A DNA stretch of 61,580 bases, the filler included, from Streblomastix strix (taxonomy: Eukaryota): the NCBI GenBank assembly GCA_008636045.1. It is 2 parts of 2 records of this genome, joined end to end, with 100 filler letters (N's around TTAATTAATTAA, not from the genome) between each part and the next. Parts side by side here need not be neighbours in the genome. Positions count along the whole stretch, not along the records: positions 1 to 30,758 come from SNRW01000089.1; 1 more part is not named here. The stretch is one strand, 5' to 3'. Below are positions 14,201-27,309 of this stretch, piece after piece. Numbering within the stretch: position 1 is the stretch's first letter; each line of letters starts with the position of its first letter. The notes beneath the pieces were generated by a model. It was given only the letters and a program-made list of their open reading frames with translations, ran no database searches and was not told the origin of the DNA. Made by a program: the position numbers and the translations under genes.

Positions 14201-17200
14201 TTAATAACACACTTCCTCCATCTTCATTACGAGATTAGAAAGAAATATTGAACGATTAAATATAGTTATTTAAGTTAATTAATTCTAAAACTGAATATTC
14301 TACATCATCAACTTCATAAAAAACTATTAAAACGAAGTTTAATCCAGAAGTAATTTTAGACATGTTTGATCCAACTTTTTCATCTCCAAATTATTCTTTG
14401 CATTAAAATCTCTAAATATTTGCTCATTAATACATCGAATCACAATAAATAGAGAAGAAAAAGATGGGTAAAAAAGAATATTAAGTGAAAATAATACCTA
14501 AAAATGGTACTGAATAGTATGTACCTATTAAATTACTTCTTCCACTTGTATAGAATCTGAATTTAGTTGTTTCATAAAAAACGATAAATTTAATAAAAAA
14601 TATAAATGATGAACAATAATTTCACTAAAATTGCTAAATAAATATTATAGGTTCTTTATTTGTAGTTAATCCATCATCAAAAGTTATTCAATTAAACTCA
14701 AATAAACCTAAGAAAAAATTTAAAGGAAAAAAATTATCAGTGAAAAAATAAGTAAGTGAAGATTATGATTAATAAAATTAGATTGACTTAAATAACGAAA
14801 AATTAAATCAGAAATCCAATGAAAATGTGCAAGAAACCACTTCAGTAAGGCATACTGTTGAATTTGATGTCAATAATGATATTATTTTGAATTTAAAATA
14901 AGAATAAACGTCAGATTTTTTACCACCAAAACAGAAAAATTTCAAATTATTGAATTCAACTTAATTATCACCATCTAAATAAACATAATCCTTATCAAAT
15001 TTTATCCCAATTAAGTTTGATATTCAATCAGCATAAACAGTTACATTAGTATTTTCTTCTCGAATTGTATCTGAGCAGTAATTCTGTGTCTGAGGGCAAC
15101 GTTTGAGTCTCGAATTACTCCACGCAGAACCTGTTCATTCATTGGGGCATTATTTGATAACGAGGTTACATCCACTCTCTTCATGTGCCAGATGTGGACT
15201 GAGCAAAAATGACCATACAGACACATTTGAAGTTGCTGGAGTGCGTGTGGATGTCATGATGTATAAACTAGATCTTATTACTCCTCAGAAAAAGAAGTAA
15301 ATACTGAAATAAAGTACAAAAGAATAAGATAAAAATAATACTGAAATAAACAAATAAGATAAAAAAGATTAGAATATTACACTTAATAATGCGGATTAAA
15401 AGAATTCTGTTGAAGCAAAAATTCAAAGTGATGCAGATGATTCATCATCATCAACAACATCATCTTCTTCAACTTCTCAATAATAACAGGGATTATAATG
15501 TAATGATAAAGATTAAATAAAGTTGCAAGATTCTTATTTTGGATATAAAGAATAAATATTTCTGAAGAATTTAAAGCTTTTTTCTTCTCATCAACTTCCC
15601 TTAACGGAGATTACACAGTGGACTGCATGTGCGCATTGCTACAAATAACTCTCTCCTCCAGAAACTATGTCTGAAACTCTTCTGAAGATTCCACTCGCTC
15701 ATTTTATTGATTTATTGATGAATTCTGGTTCTTTATTTGCTAGAAAATTTGCAAGGTGGCCAACAGATGATGAAATTCTATAAAACTAATAGAAAATATT
15801 GAGAATTGATAAAGAAAAAAATGAGAAGTAGAATTCATCAAGATTAGTGATTGGAAATATGAAAGATAAATAAAAGTAAGATTCTCGTTAATTAATTCCT
15901 CCAACACTGTCTACTGTTTAGCTCTCACCAAGAAACAATTAATCCTCCAACTTTTCTTCTTCAAACAAAACTCTCATCTTTTCATAAAATTCGAATCAAT
16001 CAATGATATCCGCACCTTTGCTTGTTCCTATTTTTACATCAGGAAATTAATAAACTAATAATTTATCAGTTTTTTCATAACCTTCAACTTCATTATCTCC
16101 TTCATTATCTCATTCATTATCTCCTTCATCATCTTCGTCTTCATCACATTCTAACTCCAACTCTCCTTTTCATCTGTCTCCTAAATCAAAAGAATAATAA
16201 CAGACATTATAATCTAATGGATCGCAATCATAACTTGGCATTTCTGAGACAAATTAGAAGGAATTAGAATAATCTCATTCTCCATTTCATACTCCAATGG
16301 ATTAAAATTGTCAATCTCGTTCATTGTCGGTATCTTCATCGTCTTAATCTCCTCCTAATGCGATATTTTCATTTCCAATTACGTAATCTGAATATTAATA
16401 ATAGTCTCAAATCATTTCATCAAAAAGTACATAACTCATGTCATAATTAACTGATGCAAGAAATGATAATATGTTTTTGAAGAAGATTGCATCTAAAAAT
16501 AATTTGGTAAAATTTATGAAAAATAAAAAATTAAATAATGATGAGTTGCAATGGGTAGAAATTCCTAATATTAATGAATTGGAGGAAGAATTTAATCAGA
16601 TTTTTTCTTACAATCACGTCTGCCACTGTAAACGTAGAAGGAAATGGTTAAAATCCATTTAAAGTACAAAAATAAACAATAACAATAATTATGATATTTT
16701 ATCTGATTATGATCAAAACGCCTTCCTTCACACATCGCAATGTTTTGCTTTAGGTGAATAAGTCATTTCATTTACTCCTTCTGTTTCAATACCTTCAAAG
16801 TTAGAGCTTCCAAATTATCTTTCACCTCATATCATATTAAAAGAGGAACTTCATTTCAATTATAGTCTGGCATCACTGAGAAAATCATCTTAGAAATTGT
16901 ATGAAAAGATTAAAAATTAATTACAGAATTCTATTGAATGTGGAAAGTATATTCTTGCCGATATTTAAATAGAAATTGAGATTCTATATATGGAGAGTTT
17001 AATTGATAAAGACATACTTGAATTTGAAAAAGAAATGAAACAGAGAGAAAAAGAGAAAGAGAAAGAAAATCAACAAATACAAATTGTTGAGAAGGACAAA
17101 GATATTGAAGGAGATATTAAAATCATTACTTTAATTAATTAATCGCCAGGGTTACCAAAACAATTGAATGAATCTTAACAGCCAGTGCCAATAAATGATT

Positions 17201-20200
17201 CTGAATAATAAATATATAAATCTAATAATAGTAATGAAATTTCAAATATTGCGAACAAATCCATATTTTATGAGTCCCAGGTAAACTTTAGTAAATTTAA
17301 AGAAAAAATAGATTTATACGAAAAATAAAAATAAAAATAATTGCTAAAAAAGCTCGAATTATAAAAATTAAGATAATAAGAAGCTGAGAAAGAAATAAAT
17401 AAATTCAAAATTATTGTTTAACAAGTGATAACATTGGTTGATAGCGCCTTTAAAGACTTAAATTTTCTTGATTTAGAATAAGGAAAACTAAATAAAGAAT
17501 TAGAATTTGCAAAATTTGATAAAAGATTGTATGAAAAAGAAGAAAATGATAAAGAATAAAAATTAATTTTGGATAACAATAAAAAAATAATTGAAAATGT
17601 TGAATAAGATGAAATATAATCTGAATAAAACTAAAACAGAAGTATAAGTAATCAAGAAGAGGCACAGTTATAATAAATTACATAAACAAATATTCATCCA
17701 TCAATATCACACTTTTCTTCGCCATTTTTTTCATTTCCATCTTCTTAGTTATCCATTTCATAATCTTCTTTGCCATCCTCGCAATCATCTGATCCAAAAC
17801 CTATTTGTAATATGTTCTTACTCAATTCATTTCAAATATATATACAAACAGGATTTCATACCTGGACGGATATTTTATTTTCTTTTTATTAAAACCTGTT
17901 CCATTATTAGAAATAAAATAATATAAACTAAAGAGGATTAATTAAGCTAAGAGATAATTGGGAAAAGTAGATGGAAAAAGAGAATAAATTACTGAATAAG
18001 ATCAAAAAGAAGATCAAATAAGCTCATAATGAAGAAGAAAAAGATATAAGTGGAAGAATAGAAAGATTAGAGAAGAAAGAAAATGATAATGATAATGGAG
18101 AGAAAGAGGATTCAGAAAGAAAGAGTAATGATTCAGAAATAGAGCCCTCTAGAAAATCATCTCCATACAATCCTCTTTCAAAAATTATAAAAAACGATTA
18201 ATTCTAAGTTGCACTGCCGCTTCCATTAGATTCATAGTAAAAGTTTGGTAATGTCATTTCACCAAAAATTATTGATAATGAGAAATTGGAAATACGAGAT
18301 ATGGAAAAAGAAACGTATACTTAAAGAGAAAATGATGGAGAAGAAAGTGAAATATTAAGTGAAGAAGAAAGTGAGGATTAAAAATCAACATAATCATTAC
18401 AAAGTTCAAATATATCATCAACAAATATTTAATTTTAATCATAATCTTCAATATCTTAAACTTCGATGTCTTCATCTTCTACTACTATACAATCTTCCTC
18501 TTCATTATTATTGTCGTAAAATAAATAAAATTAAATAAACATCAATGAATCATAGCTAAAAATTAATCCTTCATAGTTTAATAGATAATAGAAAATTAGT
18601 GAAAATAAATAAGAGATATAAAATAATAAATTGTAAAATACACAGAAAAGTCCTTTAATTATGACAATTGTTGATAATAAAAGCAAATTGAAAATAAATG
18701 AAAGTGAAATTGATAAAGATGAAGAAGACATTTTGAGTGAATTAGAAGATGAAAATAATGAAGAAAATGACACAAGTGAAAATAATGATTCATTATAACC
18801 AGAGAATATTTAATAATTTGGGGAGACACTTACCCCGTTAATAGAAAGTGATGAAGAAGAAATAAATGAATAACAGGCACTTATTACACATTTACATTCA
18901 CAGTCAAATTAATTTCAAACTCCATTAAAAGGTCACCTTAACAAAAGATATTTAAATGCAAGTTATGTCAGTGACTACTTCATTCCAACTCCACGCATTT
19001 CTCCAATTTTCTCATAGATAAATGAATAATAAGATAAAGATAAGGATTAAATAAATTAAAACTCAAATGAATAGTAAAAATAAGATTAAAAATAAGATTA
19101 ACTTTAATAAATAAACAAGAATGTATAAAACGAAGGAAACCAGGAGCATTAATCAAATTAGTAATAATAATAAATTTAATAAATATAACCTAAATAATTT
19201 TCTGCCTTTTTAGATACAATTGAAGAAAAAGAGAGAGGAATATAGATCATGAAAAATCATTAGTTTTAACAATTGAAATAAGAATAACAAAAATATTTAT
19301 TATTGATACAAAATTTATTCAAATTGCTCGTCAATTCACTTGACTTTAGTCTTATAGATTTCCGCACATTTGAAAAAGAAATGAAAATCTAGGTGAGAAA
19401 TTAATTAATCGATGAATAAAATCAGCATAAATCATCAAAAAAGAAAGACAAAGATCCAATTTAAATTGAAATTGATATTCTATTGGAATTGATGAAGCAT
19501 ACAATAAAAATGAACAACGCTAATTAAGATACATTATAATTATCTTAATAAATTAAAATTAATTCTTAATCTTCATTTATATTTTCTGATCCAAGTGCAA
19601 CTCTTGGGAGCCCATTCCAACAAAATCAAGAATTGAGAATCACACCATACCAATCATTATCATAATAATAATCATTAACTTCTTTCTCATCATTTTCTCC
19701 TTCATCATCCAATATTCTTTCTATATCATAATCGCCTTCATTATCACCTTCATTATCACCTTCATTATCACCATTATCTAATTAGTAACTCAAATCTCAT
19801 GATGGAATATTTATATCACCTTTTGCTAATATTCATACCCTAGATCATCCAAATAATTAATCATAGAATTTATCTCCTTCTTCACAAATTATTCCATATT
19901 AATAATCTTAATCATAAAACTCAATGCTTTAACCTTTTTCAAATATTCCCACTACATTAATATCATAGAATAATATAAGCTAATATCCTTCTTCATAATT
20001 ATTTTAGTAATAATCTACATCTTCATTATTATTGCCATCATAACAGTCCTAAATTCAATAAAAACTTCCTCCTCAACATCTCATTCCAGTCATAACGTCT
20101 CCATTAACAGTAACTGATCCAAAATAATAATCGCCTTCTTAATCTATTCTTTCCAGCTTTAGCATATTTAAATCCAAGTAAGACGATATTCCGAATAAAT

Positions 20201-22453
20201 AATCATTCGCTTCAAAAGACATTCCAGTTATATAAATACCAGTTGTTAATGATCCTTACTCATTCTTAACTCAATCGTCAAATGCATCACAGTCTCCATC
20301 TTAGATAATTTCAGGTTCATCATAGAGTCAATACTTATTTTAAAATTCTGCAATATAATTCACTCCATTATAGGAATCATAATTGTTGGTTAATATATCA
20401 CCAAGATATTCCGATCAAAAGAAAAATGCAAACAATGAATCAAAACTAAAAAGTATGTAATCCTTATAGTAACAAAATTTACCCATATAATTATAATCCT
20501 CATTTAATACAAACTAAACACTTTCTCCTTCAAGGTAGTATTTATAGCCAATTCACATATAAAATGAATTAAATAACTAAACTGATTAAATATAAAGAAC
20601 AAAAAGAAGCCGAGCTGGATCAATAAAAGAGGATTATCATCAAAATGAACATATACAACTTCCCAGAGGTCGTTTAGGTGAAGCTGTTATTGTTGATTCT
20701 AGTTGTTGTGTTTCCAGTATAATATCATATTGCTTAATGTCTGATGAATATCATAAATCAATTTAGTAGACGATTGAAGAATTAGAAAGAATAGAAAATA
20801 TCAAAGATCCTTACGCACTACTTCACAAACCTCTCATTCAGAATTCATCTCTTGAACCATCTAATTAAATAAACATCAAAGAAGAAAATACATTTAAAAA
20901 TTAAGATGATCCAATATTAAATGAGTCGTCACAACAACAAAAATTCTTACTCAGCTCTTATAGATCAGACTTTACTCATATTATTACAGATGATTAAAAT
21001 CTCAATTTAACATGCACACTTTATTATAGCTTACAATTTCATGCTCTCCGCGCAATGACTGTTGGACACAGAAGATTCGCACATTCACTTTTAAAATGCC
21101 GTCCAATTGACGCACTTGGTGGGAAATCGAGCGCAAAATTCTTTAGATCTTCTGATGAGAGGTTTATTTTGAAGTCAATCGGAAACGCGGAGATGAAATA
21201 ACTGCTTTAAACTGTACCAAACTTCCTCTCTCATTATGCACCATCTATTTTTAACAATAAAAAAGATAAAACTGAAACATTTCTAGAACCAACACTTCTC
21301 CTCTAAATTTATGCAGTTGTGTAAGTTGAGCAACGAGTGGTGATGCCATCAAGTATTGTCAACCGTCATGCAACACAGCGTTGGAATCTGGTTGTAATGG
21401 AGAATCTTTTCTATGGCAAGGATATTGTACGAACACTTGATTTGAAAGGTTCACTCCGTAATAGATATATGAAAGACATTCGTTCTCCTTCACCTGATCG
21501 ATCATAAGGACGGGAAGAAGCTAAATCTGATGGGAAAGAATCAGCAGCTAAAAATAATAAAAATAAGGAAAAAAGATACTCAATATCATTGGCAAAGAAA
21601 GAATCTAATTCTGGTTTAATACAAAAGAAAAAATAGATTGATTTTAGTGGTGATGAAGAAAAAGTTGGTAATTAAAACTGGTAATATGACAATGATAAAA
21701 ATTTGGGTTCTGAAAGCGGAGAAGGAAAAATAAATGCAATTTGGGGAAGAAACATTGATTCTGAAAAATAGATTCATATTCGCAGAAAGAAAAGAAAAGG
21801 TCTTCAAGCTAGTTAAAAGAAGAAATAACCTGCAGTGCTGCTTGATCTCAATTACTTAGAGCTGATGTTCCGACGAAGACTCATTCTGGAAGATAGAGAA
21901 TGGACTCATCTCATGCAAGCTGCTGAGAGAGATTCAAGATTCCTGCGCAGTATGTCTATTGTAGATTACTCACTTCTTGTGGGTGTTGATGAGAAAAACA
22001 ACAAGATTATATGCGGCATCATAGACTATATACGGCAATACACTTGGGACAAGAGGCTGGAGGTTTGGAATATTTTATATTTTTCATTATAATTATTTTT
22101 TATATACAATGATACAGTCAAAGATTAAAAAAAGTGGCATTCTTGGATAAGGGTCCGTCCTTCCTACAATTATAGAGCCAAGAGAGTACTGCAAACGCTT
22201 TCTTGATGCTATGCGAAGCTATTTTACAGCTATTCCCTCTAGATACTAAAAAATATCTCTTCTAGCTCCGGTTAAAGAATAACAGCAAACTTTCAATTCC
22301 TCTCCAACATACATTTCCCTCCTCGGTTCAATACGTCAAATGAACTTGAAATCGCTTGATAATCATCATATTAATTAAAATAACAAGATGGAATAAGATA
22401 AAAATAAAGTTCTCTTTCGTGGTGAGATTGAAAATTCAAACATCATTCAATGA
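11263..22453 (+). CDS. PIKFYVE: Fab1/PIKfyve-type phosphatidylinositol-3-phosphate 5-kinase (~3700 aa; intron 22063-22117)
   Basis: CCT/TCP1-like segment ISGGFSPMLDSILVNGLVISGSVALKSM (~11.55 kb) and Cys-rich SLGHYL...CARC...H (~15.2 kb). PIPK domain motifs GGKSSAKFFRSSDERFILK, VMENLFYG..DLKGSLRNR, IVDYSLLVG..GIIDYIRQYTWDKRLE; after a GT-AG intron, KKSG..PTIIEPREYCKRF. Start codon inferred. Confidence 0.9.
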
Positions 22454-22743
22454 AATTATTCAAGTTTATACCTATTAAATGATAAATATATATTAATAAT
22501 AAAATTACAGTGTATCCAACAAAAGTTATGGATAATTCCACTAATAAAAAATTAATGATACAGTTAATACTGATGAAATGAAGATAAAGTGGATTTTCTC
22601 TATAACTGTATGATAAGTAGAGTTAAAATAATTAAACTTAGTTAATAAATAAAATGATTAATATTATAAATATTTCGGATATTTCTATTTCAAAAAAATT
22701 AAACTTATTAATGAGTGTATATTTCAATAAGACTTAATCCAAC

Positions 22744-25700
22744 TCACGTTTTGTTATTTTTCCCCTTGGCATCTTTTCCTTCTATATTTTTTCCACTCGC
22801 TTATTCTTAAGAACCTCTCTCTTTACTTTTATCTTTTATGTCCTGTCCTTTATCATTGTCATTCTGCTCTGTGTCACTCGAATGTAATCCTTATTTTGCA
22901 CGAACAACCTATTTTATCTTCTCCTACTTTGCTGCAGTGGCTTCTTCTAGTGTGAAATGTTTGAATGGACATTTGTCACCGCGTCTGCATCCTGAGCGAG
23001 TAACAGGGTCATAGAATGCACAAGGACAATTCTCACGTTCATCTGGGGTAATACGACCAGCAGGAATGATACGTGGATCTTCAGCAGCAAAATAAGACTA
23101 AGGAAGAAAGTTGACTCGAATAGCAAACTCCACATGAACTCCAGCATCAACCATCATAGCTTAGGATTAGTGCATTCGACGAAGATCACAGAATAGATTG
23201 TCCGGAAACTGATGCAAAAATAAATATATACTAATAAAAAAAAAGAAATGAAAATATTTTGATTCAAACATCTGTACACGTTATCCAAGCCGTTCCACGC
23301 TCTGTTGAAAGCGTTGTTTTGAATACCCCTTTGTAACGACGTGAACTTATCATAGAACTTATAGAAGGACCTTTAAGTTGTAATTCTTTCAGCTTTTCCT
23401 TATCTTTTTCGTCCTCCTACTTTCCATTTTTTTCATTTTCGGATAATTTGACTTTAGTTTTCTATTCTTCTGAATCTGAATATTCGTCTTCATCAGTACT
23501 AGATTTCTGTTAAACAGGATTTGACTCAGAATTTGAGTCCTGTTGTTTGTGCGTTTTCTTCAACTTTGCTTCAGCAGCACTCAACATCTCATGTAATGTT
23601 GGAAGATAGAATAAAAGATACCTCAAATCCTTACGTCTAATAACCTTTCTGAGTTAACGCGGTAGAGATTAGAGCGCTTCTGAAATTGATTCATCCTCTT
23701 CAGTTACTCCAACTCTTGATATCATAGCGAGAGATGTCTGTTAATTTGGATTAAGTGAAGTAACAGATTATGATCCCATTGGTGAAGTGAATGATGACTA
23801 ACTCTGTGTAGGTGTACTGATGAATAGAGGTGCATGGATATTATCTTCTACTTAACTTGAAGGTGTAAATGATGAAGCAAAAGGAGATTAATAAGTTTGC
23901 ATTCCTTAAGATGATGAAGATGAAGATTAAGATGGTGAAGATTATGAGTAATATGACATTGGCGATGGAGGCTGAGTGGAATTTAATGATGACAAATAGG
24001 AATTAGAAGTAAAGGTCTATTAAGAAGAAGGTGATGATATTCCTGGTGACATACCACTAGTAAATTGTTACTGAGGTGAAGTGGTTTATGGTAAAATACC
24101 TCTAACTTAAGGAGCGAAGTTATTTCTTGCTTATAAAAACTAGTAAGGTTGAGTAGTAATTGTTTTGTTTGGTTGATTAGCATCACTATTATATGTTCCA
24201 TTGGCTGAAGGATATGATTTTACACCATGCACAGACATATATTGTTGTCTCTGCCATTCTAACTGAGAGTTTTATGGATTATATGACTATGATTGTTAAA
24301 TTGGAAGTTGATTGATATTATTCGATTAAATCATGAAATTTGTAGAATTATTGTTTGCATTTGCTAATGGTAATGGAGGTGTTTCAGGCAGCATTATCAT
24401 TTCCCATGGCAATGAAGATCCAAGCTGTTACTAATTTTACATTTTATCGAATTAATTTTATTCAAAGTTTTATTCTTTTGTTGAGAATATTTATTAATCC
24501 TATACATAAACTTTTTCAGCTTAAGATTGATTATTATCAACATTTGTTTATGATTGTATGATATCAACTATTGTTTAAGATTGGTTATCATCTAATGTTT
24601 TTTTAATTTACTCTGATTTCTTTTCATTTTCCTGTTGTTAACTTGGATTATTAACACCTTATAATTAATCTTTGATTAATTAATTTTAATTCTCTTTATT
24701 TAGATTTAATGAATTATTGATTTCTTTTTTCTAATCTTTGTCTTTTTCTAATTATTTTATTTGTTTTTATTTCTCAGGAGTACTTTATAAGCCAGAAGAA
24801 GGTGCGGGTGTAGATTATTAAGATTATGAATCTGTTTCTAAACTTTAGACGTAAATGAGCGAATTCTGTTTGTTTTTAATTGAATGTTGGGCAGCATCAC
24901 CTGTAAGTGTTTATGCAGCTTTATACACTTTCTTTTTCTTTCCTTTCTTTATTGAGCTCTGGTCAGATTCTTTTCCTACACTGTTCAAACTCTACTAATA
25001 GCCTTCATCATTGATACTTTAATCTGTTTATATTCTATCTTCTTTAGTGTCCGTATTTCTTTATGATTTATCAAATAAAATATCTGAATTAGTTCGGAGT
25101 ATCTTTCTTGATTATTAAACTGAAGTATCAAAAGATGTAGTATTAGTTTTTAGTGATGAAATAGCAGATGATTGTTCTACACTTTCAATACTATGCATTG
25201 AAGCATAATCACTTTCTTTCTATTTTTCTTTCTCTTTTCCATCATGAGTCTTTTCAACTACTCATTCATTATCTGAATCAGGTCCACTATCTGATTTCAA
25301 TGTTGATACTTTAGATCTATCAGAAAGATTCAACACTCCCTTTTTAACATTTCTAAGCATCTCTAATTCAGAATTTGCTTCCATCTATCTGCGAAATTCA
25401 TATATCTACTCCCTCTTTTCTTATGATAATTTTATTTCGCCTCTTCTTTATCTTATAAATTTAAGTTGCATCATTCTCATTTATGTTAATTTCTTGTGAT
25501 TAGTAACCCAATCTTTAAAGTAATTAATAAGAACATCATCAAATAAAGGAGATTTATTGCTTTCTTATATTTCTCCTTCTTTAGTTGCAATTTAATTTCT
25601 CCCTCCCTAACCTGCATTTTCACTGCTAATTTCAACATTTGACATCATACCCATAACTTCTGCTAATTTGGCCTATTCAATGTCAATAAGAAGTTTATTC

Positions 25701-26887
25701 ATAAGAGCTTCTTACTACAAAACTATTTTCTCTTCTGCGCTTATATCTGATATATCTTCTTGTTCTCTTTCTTCACTATTCCTCTTCCAATCTTAATTCT
25801 CTTATTCAACTGGGGGTACTACTTCTTATTTATTTGTTGATTAATCATCTTCTTATTGTGTTTCCTACTTACTTGTATCATTAATAGGAATATCTTATAT
25901 TTTAATCTGTATATCTTAGTTGTGTCTTTTATGATGATGAGATTTATGATGTGTATTTGAGTGGTGAGATATGTTCCCATGACTCACTCTGGATGATGCA
26001 TGCGAATGAGGAAGACGTATTTCATTTGTCTTGTTTTGCTTCTTTTCCGGTTTTATGATTTTATTTTCTTATAAGACTTATTGATGATCATCTATTATTT
26101 TAATTTAAGGTCTTTATTGTTGTAATTCTTTAAGTACAGTGATTGGTTCTTAGTTTTCTCCAATATTCCCATCTTTTGAACCAATACCAACACTATGTTC
26201 ACCTTCCACTTTATCTTCAGCATCTTTCTTGGCCAATTTTGGACCAACATCCAACTTAGGCCAGGCAGTAAGACTTCTCTCCCCACTCCAAACTGCGCTA
26301 TTCTGAGTCTCTGCTGATTCTACTTGTATCTCAACACACCAATTTGCATCTGTTGGGTCCTTTGGTGGCTGTTTGGGAGAACGAACCTTCTTTGGCTGCT
26401 GTTCATTCTTGCTCTTTTCAAGACGGCGTAGTTCATCAAGCAAATTAAATCCTTATTATTGGTATGTGGCACCAGATAAGAATTACTATAATTCTGATCC
26501 CAATGATGTTGCTGCCTATGAAGCCGTTGCATGGGATGCCCCTGCTTATGAATTGGATCCTTATGACTCGTTTCCTTTTGATGATGATCCTAAAGAAACA
26601 GATTTAACGGATTCTGAGTTTCCAGATGAAAATGATTTTTCTGACGAAACTATCGAAGATTCACTTGTATATGTCGATACTGTGAACGAACTTGAGTCTG
26701 AGATCGATTTTGCACTGACTGGTGACGTAATAGCTCTTTTAGATGAGCTATTGGGTATAATCTTTGGTTATGCAGTTACTTCAGGTGATTTGGACGCAAA
26801 AACACTTGGAAGAATATTGATGTTGCTTAGGTGATGGTCGGGGCTTAACGTTTCATCCGACCCATCAACTTATTTCTCACCACTCAT
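22744..26887 (-). CDS. Large low-complexity protein with a C-terminal cold-shock/OB-like domain and CCCH zinc finger (putative RNA-binding protein; intron 23209-23269)
   Basis: ATG at 26887 (MSGEKQVDGS...). C-terminus reads RYKGVFKTTLSTERGTAWITCTD|FPDNLFCDLRR..GVHVEFAI, then CAFYDPVTRSGCRRGDKCPFKH (C-x10-C-x5-C-x3-H). TGA at 22744-22746. Confidence 0.7.
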
Positions 26888-27309
26888 TCTATGATAAATA
26901 AAATAAAAAATAGATAAATAAATAAGTATAAATGTGATAAACAAATAGGAAAATTTTAATTTTTTTAGAACATTTTTTCTGCATATTGATTCCTAGTCAT
27001 TTCAGTTAATACTGAAAACTAAAATATTTGCATCATTTAGTCCATCACCATGATCAATGTTAAATGTGAAATCCTGTTCCATGTGTGAGTATTTTTTAGT
27101 TTTTAGCAAAAAATCTTGGTTAAGAGTAATAAAGATTGGTCTGGTCTAAATAAGTATAGAAACTATAATAAAAATATGATTGTTAAATGAATTGATGGTT
27201 GTATTTAACTATAAGTTCGTACTTAATGAATATGCGTTAATTGGTATTTTAAAGTATTTTCAAGGAAGTTTCTGAAATTTATTTAAAGAAAAATTATTAA
27301 ATAAATAAT

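Noticed and set aside
19735..19778. 12-bp tandem repeats (also 16090-16130) as a CRISPR-like or regulatory array
   Set aside because: They are in-frame SLSP coding repeats inside PIKfyve and have no spacers.
26373..26834. 153-aa plus-strand ORF from the track
   Set aside because: It is antisense to the Ser-rich N-terminus of the minus-strand gene at 22744-26887.
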